Positions 27,323 through 40,689 of a DNA stretch of 44,530 nt are shown here, piece after piece. Every line of letters begins with the position of its first letter. Within the stretch, counting starts at the first letter, position 1. Made by a program: the position numbers and the translations under genes. The DNA lies in NCBI GenBank assembly GCA_902784285.1, contig CACZUL010000001.1, positions 1 to 44,530 of the forward strand, written 5' to 3'. The notes below the pieces were generated by a model, which worked only from the letters and a program-made list of their open reading frames with translations, did not search any database and was not told the origin of the DNA. This stretch comes from an uncultured Pseudomonadota bacterium (GTDB lineage: Bacteria > Pseudomonadota > Alphaproteobacteria > Rs-D84).

Positions 27323-28545
27323 TGAGACGCGTTGTTATCACAGGTATGGGTTTAATCAGTTCAATCGGAAACGATTTGAAATCCGCCAAGAATCGCCTGC
27401 GCGCGTTAAAAAACACCGTTAGTGTAATGCCAGAATTGACAAAAATTCGTGGGCTAAACACGCATCTAGGCGCACCGGCAATGGAATTTACTCTGCCTGA
27501 ACATTACACGCGCAAGGTTTTACGCACAATGGGACCCGTGGCAACCATGGCGGTTTACACGGCGGAAAACGCGGTAAACGATGCCGGCTTATCAAACTCG
27601 CCAATTTTAACATCTGGGCGGGCCGGTGTTGCGTATGGTTCTTCGTTTGGTTCGGCAGGTCCGGTTCGCGATTTCTTTTCAATTCACGAAACGGGGGAAG
27701 TTGGTGCGATAACATCATTTTCATACTTAAAGTTAATGCCACAAACAACGGCGGTAAATGTATCACTTTACTTCAAAACCGTTGGCCGCATTATCCCCAG
27801 TGGCACCGCATGCACATCGGGCAGTTTGGCCATCGGATTTGCCTATGAAACAATCAAAAATGGTATCCAAGATGTTATGATTGCCGGCGGCGCCGAAGAA
27901 TTTGATATAACCCAGGTCGCGGTCTTTGACACCCTGTATGCCACAAGTACGAAAAATGATACTCCGAATTTATCACCTGCCCCATTTGATACTAATCGCG
28001 ATGGTTTGGTTATTGGATCTGGTGCCGGTACTTTGATATTAGAAGAATACGAACATGCGGTTGCCCGGGGTGCAAAAATCTATGCAGAAATTGTTGGTTT
28101 TGGTTCAAACACAGACGGCATGCACGCGACCCAACCCAATCGTGAAACAATGGCCGAATGTATGCGCCTTGCACTGCAAAGCGCGAATTTAAATACCAAA
28201 GATATTGGATATGTAAATATGCATGGAACAGGAACAACACACGGCGACATTGCCGAATCGAATGCCACAGAATCCGTATTTGGCCAAAACACCCCGGTAT
28301 CCAGCCTTAAAAGTTATGTTGGCCATACATTGGGCGCATGCGGGGCATTAGAATCCATTTGGTCGATTCAGATGATGAACGACGGATGGTTTGCCCCAAC
28401 ATTGAATTTGAATACCCCCGATGAACAATGTGGTCATTTGGATTATATCATGGGAACGGGGCGCAATATAGATACCAAATATGTTATGAATAACAATTTC
28501 GCCTTTGGTGGCATAAACACATCTTTGATATTCAAAAAGATGTAA
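27322..28545 (+). CDS. Beta-ketoacyl-ACP synthase I/II-like
   Basis: GTACTSGSLAIG (active Cys), HGTGTTHGD and GHTLGACG motifs. 407 aa. TAATG coupling to fabG. Confidence 0.9.
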   Translation: MRRVVITGMGLISSIGNDLKSAKNRLRALKNTVSVMPELTKIRGLNTHLGAPAMEFTLPEHYTRKVLRTMGPVATMAVYTAENAVNDAGLSNSPILTSGRAGVAYGSSFGSAGPVRDFFSIHETGEVGAITSFSYLKLMPQTTAVNVSLYFKTVGRIIPSGTACTSGSLAIGFAYETIKNGIQDVMIAGGAEEFDITQVAVFDTLYATSTKNDTPNLSPAPFDTNRDGLVIGSGAGTLILEEYEHAVARGAKIYAEIVGFGSNTDGMHATQPNRETMAECMRLALQSANLNTKDIGYVNMHGTGTTHGDIAESNATESVFGQNTPVSSLKSYVGHTLGACGALESIWSIQMMNDGWFAPTLNLNTPDEQCGHLDYIMGTGRNIDTKYVMNNNFAFGGINTSLIFKKM

Positions 28546-28546
28546 A

Positions 28547-28573
28547 ATCACGCGGCAATTTGTTCCGCGTGAT
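28547..28573. terminator. GC-rich hairpin between convergent genes
   Basis: ATCACGCGG-caatttgtt-CCGCGTGAT (9-bp stem). The flanking A/T runs are short. Confidence 0.5.
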
Positions 28574-28595
28574 TTATACTAACCTTTTATTGTAA

Positions 28596-29435
28596 CTACT
28601 TTTGTTTTCTATTAAAACTGGTAATTAAACAATCCAATACACTGGCCAAATCACGATTATTTACTTGTTCGCGAACAGTGTGATTAAGAACGGCATTATC
28701 TTCATTATCCAATTGGATTGTATTGACGCAGCCCGGCATAATTTCTTTGACTGTATAAAGAAAATTTCTCTGGGCACGACCCAATCTATAAATATCATTC
28801 AAATAATTTGTAGAAACATGTATTCCGCCCCCGTTATTATTATACGCAACAAAATCGTCATTTCTTGAATCTATGGTTGTTATCTCTTTTTCTTTCAAAT
28901 CTGAACGCAGGCGCGCAACCGCAACAATCGACCCAATTGTATTAAACCCGGAAATTTCTATATGAATCGCAGACCGCAAATAATCACTGAACACCACATC
29001 GGCAATAATATTAGAAACTCCAGATATATTTTCATGGAATTCATCAACCGACATATTCAATGTTATCGCCCGCCCGGTAAAGTTGGCGTTTTTTGCCAAT
29101 GATTTTAGTATTAAATTACGGTCCGTATATGTACGTCCCCATGTGCCATTTGTTTTAATTACCGGAATCGCGCCCGCCTTGGCAATCAACGTTAATGCCG
29201 TCGGGATATAATTTTCATCCTTTTTGAAATAAGGCAACATCGGTTCACCACCGTCAATGGTTATACGATTTGACAAATTCAAAGGTAATTCTTGGAATTG
29301 TATAATATAATCTTCTATTTTATCAACGGACATATACTCACGCGCCACGTTCCGTCCAGAATCTTCCCGACAATGAGAACAATTTAAATTACACCAGTTT
29401 GTAGTTTTTAAAGACAAAGCAAGTATTCCGTACAT
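28596..29435 (-). CDS. Radical SAM enzyme (no SPASM-type C-terminal Cys cluster)
   Basis: CNLNCSHC (CX3CX2C) near the N-terminus and a GGEPML motif. I prefer the ATG at 29435, but the TTG at 29459 is possible. Confidence 0.8.
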   Translation of the reverse strand: MYGILALSLKTTNWCNLNCSHCREDSGRNVAREYMSVDKIEDYIIQFQELPLNLSNRITIDGGEPMLPYFKKDENYIPTALTLIAKAGAIPVIKTNGTWGRTYTDRNLILKSLAKNANFTGRAITLNMSVDEFHENISGVSNIIADVVFSDYLRSAIHIEISGFNTIGSIVAVARLRSDLKEKEITTIDSRNDDFVAYNNNGGGIHVSTNYLNDIYRLGRAQRNFLYTVKEIMPGCVNTIQLDNEDNAVLNHTVREQVNNRDLASVLDCLITSFNRKQK

Positions 29436-29536
29436 CTTTTTAGCCTTATTTGTTGACAAACATTATATTGGTTTAGGTGGTTTTGTCAATAAATAGTTTC
29501 TTTTTTTATTGCTTTGAAAGCGTGTTTTTTATTAAA

Positions 29537-30514
29537 ATGCAATACATGGGAAGGATTTTTGCTTTTTTGTCCGCTTTTTTGCTTTTGATATGCGACAATG
29601 CGTTTGCCGCCAAGGGCCGTGTTTCGCGTTATGTTGACCCGCAATCGTATGCGTATATGTATCCATATTTGAATAACAAAATGCGGACCGCGATGAACCC
29701 CGGCACAACAATAAATATGACAAATAATCCCATAGATGTCGTTGTAAAAACCAAAAGGATGTCTGAACCACGTCGCGTTGTTCCACGAACACCAAAGGCT
29801 AACTCATCTGTGGCACGCGCCGCAACGGGTGGTACATCTGCAACCACACAAACCCGTCGTGTGGTTCAACGCCCAACCCAAACAACAAACGCACGCGCCG
29901 CAACCGGGACACTGGCGACAACGAACAGCGCCACACAAACACGGTCAATTCGTCAACGCGGTGCCCGCGATGATGCATCTGCACGCACCGCCGAAACAAC
30001 AACGAACATCACAAATACGCCCGTTTCTTCAACGCGATGCCTTACCGACTATGCGGCATGTATGAACGGGTATTGCACTCGCGAAAACACCCCGTATAAT
30101 CGTTGTTATTGCAGTGCAAAATTATCACAAATAGACTCACAATACCAACCCCAGATAAACGATTTAATCATCCAAATTATAAAACTTCAGGGCGGCGGCA
30201 CATGGAACGAAGAAGAAATGAACGCCTATTGGATGGAGGTTGTCGGAAACTATGCCGGCGAAAATTCGTGGATAAACTTGGAAAATGCCTTGAATATTGA
30301 TTGGCCTGAACCCGAAGAACGCATGCGCGGACAAAACGCATTTCTGGTTGGGCACCAATATTGTATACAACACCTGCGTGGCTGTGCTTATATGTCGTCC
30401 AACCTGCGTGATGCATACAGGTCAAAAATTTCGCGCGACTGTGCCACATATGAACAATATTTGGAACGCATCAAAAATGCGGCTGAATCTATAATCGAAC
30501 AATATCAAGAATAA
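29537..30514 (+). CDS. Secreted hypothetical protein with Thr/Arg/Ala-rich tandem repeats and an 8-Cys C-terminal domain
   Basis: Signal peptide MQYMGRIFAFLSAFLLLICDNAFA|AKG. A 78-bp (26-aa) tandem repeat is visible in the DNA (gcacgcgccgcaac at 29813 and 29891). Confidence 0.65.
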   Translation: MQYMGRIFAFLSAFLLLICDNAFAAKGRVSRYVDPQSYAYMYPYLNNKMRTAMNPGTTINMTNNPIDVVVKTKRMSEPRRVVPRTPKANSSVARAATGGTSATTQTRRVVQRPTQTTNARAATGTLATTNSATQTRSIRQRGARDDASARTAETTTNITNTPVSSTRCLTDYAACMNGYCTRENTPYNRCYCSAKLSQIDSQYQPQINDLIIQIIKLQGGGTWNEEEMNAYWMEVVGNYAGENSWINLENALNIDWPEPEERMRGQNAFLVGHQYCIQHLRGCAYMSSNLRDAYRSKISRDCATYEQYLERIKNAAESIIEQYQE

Positions 30515-30712
30515 TTATTTTCCTATATTTTCACACATTAAATTATGCCGATAAATATTTCGCGCCAAATCATCACTAATAACACGCCAATCGTTTTCGC
30601 GCCCGCGAATTATATCACAAGAAACATTGCAAACCGCCCTATTCTGCGATGGTATATTTTGTGTGCAAGATGCGACGAATATCGTCAACGCCGGTATTAA
30701 AAACCTTTTCAT
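30515..30712 (-). CDS. Small lipoprotein (65 aa) overlapping the preceding gene out of frame
   Basis: SD AAGGA 6 nt before the ATG at 30712. Signal peptide plus lipobox MKRFLIPALTIFVAS|C. 74-nt overlap with 30639-30863 in another frame. Confidence 0.55.
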   Translation of the reverse strand: MKRFLIPALTIFVASCTQNIPSQNRAVCNVSCDIIRGRENDWRVISDDLARNIYRHNLMCENIGK

Positions 30713-30863
30713 CTGTATTCCTTTTAATAACGATAATATTTTCAATTTCATTTGTTTCTGCACGCCTAGCACTTGATTGACACTTCATGCGCCCAATACG
30801 CGCGCCAAAAAAATAAGCCCCCGCGACAATTATCGCGATGGCGATGATTAAGTAATTTTTCAT
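30639..30863 (-). CDS. Small N-terminally anchored membrane protein (74 aa)
   Basis: SD AGGGGA 6 nt before the ATG. A TM helix LIIAIAIIVAGAYFF is followed by a charged tail. Confidence 0.6.
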   Translation of the reverse strand: MKNYLIIAIAIIVAGAYFFGARIGRMKCQSSARRAETNEIENIIVIKRNTDEKVFNTGVDDIRRILHTKYTIAE

Positions 30864-30874
30864 AAAATTCCCCT

Positions 30875-30900
30875 AATAAAAAACGCACCGTTTGGTGCGT
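30875..30900 (-). terminator. Rho-independent terminator of the rho gene
   Basis: On the minus strand: ACGCACC-AAAC-GGTGCGT followed by TTTTTATT, 5 nt after the rho stop. Confidence 0.7.
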
Positions 30901-30905
30901 TTATT

Positions 30906-32174
30906 TTACTGATTCATCGAATTAAAGAAATCCGTGTTTGTCTTAGTTACGCGCAATTTATCCAACAAGAATTCCATTGCTTCCAATGTTCCCATCGGAT
31001 TGATAATACGGCGCAAGACATACATTTTCGACAATATATCTTTCCCGACAAGCAGGTCTTCTTTACGCGTGCCGGACTTGGTAATATCAATTGCCGGGTA
31101 AACGCGTTTATCGGACAATTTGCGGTCCAAGATAATTTCGCTGTTTCCGGTTCCTTTGAATTCTTCGAAAATGACTTCGTCCATTTTGGAACCAGTATCA
31201 ACCAAAGCGGTTGCGATAATTGTCAAACTGCCGCCACCTTCGATATTACGCGCGGCCCCAAAGAAACGTTTTGGACGCTGCAATGCGTATGCATCAACAC
31301 CACCGGTTAAAACCTTACCACTGGATGGGACAACGGTGTTATATGCCCGCCCCAAACGGGTAATGGAATCCAACAGAATTACAACATCTTGACCGGCCTC
31401 GACCAAACGTTTAGCCTTTTCGATAACCATTTCTGCGACCTGGATATGACGCGTGGCGGGTTCATCGAAAGTAGAAGAAATAACCTCGCCCTTGACGCTG
31501 CGTTGCATATCTGTAACTTCTTCGGGACGTTCGTCAATCAATAATACAATAAGTTTAACATCAGGATAATTTGTCGCGATAGAATGTGCAATATTTTGCA
31601 GCATAACCGTTTTACCTGTACGCGGTGGCGCAACAATTAAAGAACGTTGACCGCGCCCCGTTGGTGAAATCAAATCGATGACACGCGCCGACAGGTTGCG
31701 TCCCTTATCTGTATCGCCTTCGACCTCCATCTTTAACTGTTCATCTGGGTACAGCGGTGTCATATCATCAAAAGACACACGATGGCGCAATTTCTCTGGC
31801 ACATCACCGTTCGCGCGTTCAATTGTTTCCAACGCAAAATAACGTTCAGATTCATTTTGTGGTGCCTGGATTTGGCCTTCGATATAATCGCCGGTTTTAA
31901 GCCCATATTTTTTAATCAACGCCGGCGATACATACAAATCGTCCGGACCAGCCAAGTAATTGCTTTCCGGCGCGCGCAGGAATCCAAAACCATCCTGCAT
32001 ACGTTCCAACACACCATCCCCAATAAGTGTTATTTTTTTATCGGCCGCAAATCCGCGCATAACGGCAAAGCGTAATTGTTGCACATTTAATTGCGAAGGG
32101 TTTTCAATACCCATATCTTCCGCCATTTTCAACAACTGTTGCGGCGATTTAGCCTTAATTTCATTTATATGCAT
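30906..32174 (-). CDS. rho: Transcription termination factor Rho
   Basis: N-terminal [28 protein letters not shown]-binding domain FGFLR, Walker A PPRTGKT. 422 aa. Confidence 0.95.
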   Translation of the reverse strand: MHINEIKAKSPQQLLKMAEDMGIENPSQLNVQQLRFAVMRGFAADKKITLIGDGVLERMQDGFGFLRAPESNYLAGPDDLYVSPALIKKYGLKTGDYIEGQIQAPQNESERYFALETIERANGDVPEKLRHRVSFDDMTPLYPDEQLKMEVEGDTDKGRNLSARVIDLISPTGRGQRSLIVAPPRTGKTVMLQNIAHSIATNYPDVKLIVLLIDERPEEVTDMQRSVKGEVISSTFDEPATRHIQVAEMVIEKAKRLVEAGQDVVILLDSITRLGRAYNTVVPSSGKVLTGGVDAYALQRPKRFFGAARNIEGGGSLTIIATALVDTGSKMDEVIFEEFKGTGNSEIILDRKLSDKRVYPAIDITKSGTRKEDLLVGKDILSKMYVLRRIINPMGTLEAMEFLLDKLRVTKTNTDFFNSMNQ

Positions 32175-32349
32175 AAAAAGTCCTTTTTTGGAAATTTATA
32201 ATGACACAGAACGTGCCACCCTCTTTCAGTACCATTATTATAGTATATTTCGCCCAAAAAGTCAAGTATCAGCACGCTTTTCTATTTTTTCTTGCATTTT
32301 ACTATAAATATTGCTTCAATAAAAACACATTGAAAAAAGGAAGTGAAAC

Positions 32350-32802
32350 ATGGCAGGAAGCATAAATAAAGTAATATTAGTTGGAAACGTGGGTCAAGAC
32401 CCGCAAACACGCACAATGCAAAGCGGACAAAAAGTGGTTAGTTTTTCATTGGCAACATCAGACCGTTGGCGCGACCGCGCAACCGGCGAACAGAAAGAAC
32501 AAACCGAATGGCACCGCATTGTTATATTTAATCCCAATTTGGTCGAGGTTGCCGAACGCATGTTACAAAAAGGAACCAAACTTTATTTGGAAGGCGCCCT
32601 GCGCACCCGTAAATGGCAAAATCAACAGGGTATCGACACATTCACAACCGAAGTTGTATTGAATCAATTTTCCGGCACAATGGTAATATTATCGGGTGCC
32701 AAATCGATGGATGCGATGTCCAACGCTGCGGCACCGGCACAACCGGCTACGCCGACCGAAGAGATGTCAATTTCCGAAATCGGTGATGATATTCCGTTTT
32801 AA
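32350..32802 (+). CDS. ssb: Single-stranded DNA-binding protein
   Basis: OB-fold N-terminus [15 protein letters not shown]...TEWHRIV. Low-complexity linker and acidic tip GDDIPF. Confidence 0.95.
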   Translation: MAGSINKVILVGNVGQDPQTRTMQSGQKVVSFSLATSDRWRDRATGEQKEQTEWHRIVIFNPNLVEVAERMLQKGTKLYLEGALRTRKWQNQQGIDTFTTEVVLNQFSGTMVILSGAKSMDAMSNAAAPAQPATPTEEMSISEIGDDIPF

Positions 32803-32836
32803 TGTTAATGATTAGTATCTGAGATTAGTATTAGTG

Positions 32837-32856
32837 AACGGCGCAGTTGCGCCGTT
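32837..32856. terminator. GC hairpin between convergent ssb and the autotransporter gene
   Basis: AACGGCGC-agtt-GCGCCGTT. There is no clear U-tract on either side. Confidence 0.4.
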
Positions 32857-32877
32857 CTTAATAATCACATTTATAGA

Positions 32878-38800
<5,923 letters not shown>

Positions 38801-38806
38801 GGAAAC

Positions 38807-39013
38807 ATGCATATTGATGCGCAAACAATTATAAATATCAAATATGTGGCGGCGGCGTTGGTATTGCTGGCGATAATTATGGCGCCGGCATACCTTGCCG
38901 CAAAAAATGGCAAGGGCAAGATAGAAGCCATGCGCATCCGTGTTGCATCATGGGTATTTGGATGGACCGGAATTGGATGGTTGCTTGCCCTGATTTGGGC
39001 CGTGAGGAAGTGA
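38807..39013 (+). CDS. Small 2-TM membrane protein, superinfection-immunity (Imm)-like
   Basis: 68 aa. The pattern APAYLAAKNGKG...FGWTGIGWLLALIWA resembles the Imm_superinfect family as I remember it. SD AAGGAA. Confidence 0.5.
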   Translation: MHIDAQTIINIKYVAAALVLLAIIMAPAYLAAKNGKGKIEAMRIRVASWVFGWTGIGWLLALIWAVRK

Positions 39014-39034
39014 TTAGTGGTTAGTGTTTTAAAA

Positions 39035-39054
39035 ATCCCCACAAATGTGGGGAT
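39035..39054. terminator. Hairpin terminator between convergent genes
   Basis: AAAAATCCCCAC-aaat-GTGGGGATTT (8-bp stem). The T-run is better on the minus strand. Confidence 0.6.
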
Positions 39055-39082
39055 TTGCAATAATCAAAATAATCACAAAAAG

Positions 39083-39841
39083 CTAATCGGCCGTATCAAA
39101 AAATACTTTGCGAAAACCAGGATCTCTGTATATGAGGGCGGCACAATCTTCTGAACATTCTTCTTCACATTTTTGTTGAGATTCCATCTGATCATAATAC
39201 CTAGGTATCCATTTTGAATTTTTACTACCCGTTATTTTGCAATAACACCATGCCCCAGTCGATGATTTATATGCCCGCTGCACCCTGTCTTGATCTTTTG
39301 CCACCCGAGGGTCAGTGTCACTATCTTTAAATTCTACATCGCTACATGCCGATATACCTTTAACGATTCCATAGCTAAACTTAACAGCAAAATCACCAGG
39401 AGCCTTGGCGGGACATTCTTCTTCATCATCGAAACCCAAATCAACCCCTGAAATGCTCTTACAACAATAATCTTCAGCATCTATAAAAAGACTAGACACA
39501 TCAGGGAAAAAATCCAATGTTCCACTACTGCCACCATTGCCGAGTTTTACATTTATACGGTCTAATTCAGTTTGCCGATTTTTTAAATCCGTGTCTAACT
39601 TTTTACTCTTATTGGCCTGGGCAATATTTACACCAACACCAACCGCCGTTAATCCAATAGTTGATATACCCGCAATCATCCATGCCTTGCGTTTGCCATC
39701 ACATGCCTCTAACTGTTTCGCCTTTTCTTCCTTTTGACGCAATAATTCTTGTATCTGGGGCGTCATTTGCGCCGCATTTCCTGGAAACACAGATATTACA
39801 CCAAACAATGCAATCACCAAAAATGATACAGGTTTTAACAT
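39083..39841 (-). CDS. Hypothetical envelope protein (252 aa) with signal peptide, C-x2-KRK-x-W motif, Gly-rich hydrophobic segment, coiled coil and a 10-Cys C-terminal domain
   Basis: SD GGGGA. Signal peptide MLKPVSFLVIALFGVISVFPGNA|AQ. The N-terminal module is paralogous to 39851-40267. Confidence 0.65.
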   Translation of the reverse strand: MLKPVSFLVIALFGVISVFPGNAAQMTPQIQELLRQKEEKAKQLEACDGKRKAWMIAGISTIGLTAVGVGVNIAQANKSKKLDTDLKNRQTELDRINVKLGNGGSSGTLDFFPDVSSLFIDAEDYCCKSISGVDLGFDDEEECPAKAPGDFAVKFSYGIVKGISACSDVEFKDSDTDPRVAKDQDRVQRAYKSSTGAWCYCKITGSKNSKWIPRYYDQMESQQKCEEECSEDCAALIYRDPGFRKVFFDTAD

Positions 39842-39850
39842 ATTTGTCCC

Positions 39851-40267
39851 CTATTGTTGAGTATCTAACTGTTGCAATTTCGTATTCGCAGATTGGACTT
39901 CTTGCTTTTTCGCATCAATATCTGATTGAACCTTTTGCAAATCTGCTTTTTTATCTTGAATTTTATTATGTTGAACCAATGCGGCAATGCCTGTGCCAAC
40001 CGCACCAACACCACCGATAACCGTCGCTGTAACCCAACCCTTGCGTTTACGCTCACATTTTGCGATTTCTTCATCCAACAACTGAATATCATGTCGCAGT
40101 GTACTTACCACCTGCATCTCGTCCATGCCCTGGGTTCCGGGAACTTCTTCGGTATATGTCGTTGTGCCACTGCTATTTGGCATGCGCGGTTGAAATTCAG
40201 TCGCAAATGCCCCACACGAAACGAATGCCCCAACAACCCAAATATGTAAAATATTCTTTGTTATCAT
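39851..40267 (-). CDS. Hypothetical envelope protein (138 aa), paralogous module
   Basis: SD GGGGGAG. A signal peptide is followed by KCERKRKGW, VTATVIGGVGAVGTGIAALV (glycine-zipper-like) and a Q/K/D-rich coiled coil. Confidence 0.65.
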   Translation of the reverse strand: MITKNILHIWVVGAFVSCGAFATEFQPRMPNSSGTTTYTEEVPGTQGMDEMQVVSTLRHDIQLLDEEIAKCERKRKGWVTATVIGGVGAVGTGIAALVQHNKIQDKKADLQKVQSDIDAKKQEVQSANTKLQQLDTQQ

Positions 40268-40343
40268 ACACTCCCCCTATAATACCTTATCAATTTTATC
40301 ATATTTTAGGGTTATAAACAAATAAAAAAGTATTCAACGGAAC

Positions 40344-40416
40344 GCAGGCGGATACGAATAGACCCCGCCTGCGCCGGTACGAGTAGGAAAAAGCACGGTG
40401 GCGCAATCGCGCCACC
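40344..40416 (-). terminator. Two tandem hairpins; the first on the minus strand is a canonical intrinsic terminator
   Basis: On the minus strand: GGTGGCGC-gatt-GCGCCACC followed by GTGCTTTTTCC (40416-40386). A second hairpin GCAGGCGG...CCGCCTGC lies at 40372-40344. Confidence 0.65.
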
Positions 40417-40448
40417 GCACAAAACAAACATTTGATACTTTACAAAGA

Positions 40449-40595
40449 CTATTTAACTATCGTATCTTGCGGTCTTTGTAAATCAATGCCACGACTTTGA
40501 AATTGCGGCATTAATGGAAACACATTTTCGGTCGCCATACGAAACGCCGCTTTTGCATTTGCTTTCTTTACATCTTTTACATTTATATCTGCCAT
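40449..40595 (-). CDS. Small hydrophilic hypothetical protein (48 aa)
   Basis: MADINVKDVKKANAKAAFRMATENVFPLMPQFQSRGIDLQRPQDTIVK. It has SD AAGGTG, its own strong promoter and tandem terminators. Coding status is not proven. Confidence 0.5.
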   Translation of the reverse strand: MADINVKDVKKANAKAAFRMATENVFPLMPQFQSRGIDLQRPQDTIVK

Positions 40596-40634
40596 ATTCA
40601 ACACCTTTTTCAAAGTATCTCTCTGGTGAGCACA

Positions 40635-40662
40635 AATATACACGAATAAAATCTTTTGTCAA
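40635..40662 (-). promoter_or_regulatory. Strong sigma70-like promoter for the 48-aa ORF
   Basis: On the minus strand: TTGACA (40662-40657), a 16-nt spacer, then TATATT (40640-40635). It is flanked by the inverted repeats ACACGAA/TTCGTGT and GGTGA.CAC/GTG.TCACC. Confidence 0.55.
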
Positions 40663-40689
40663 GCATTTTCGTGTTCACCGCCACAAATT

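Noticed and set aside
28596-29459. Prokaryotic viperin-like antiviral radical SAM enzyme.
   Set aside because: Only the generic CX3CX2C and GGEP features are visible. I can recognise no viperin-specific C-terminal motifs, and there is no associated nucleotide kinase or defence-gene context.
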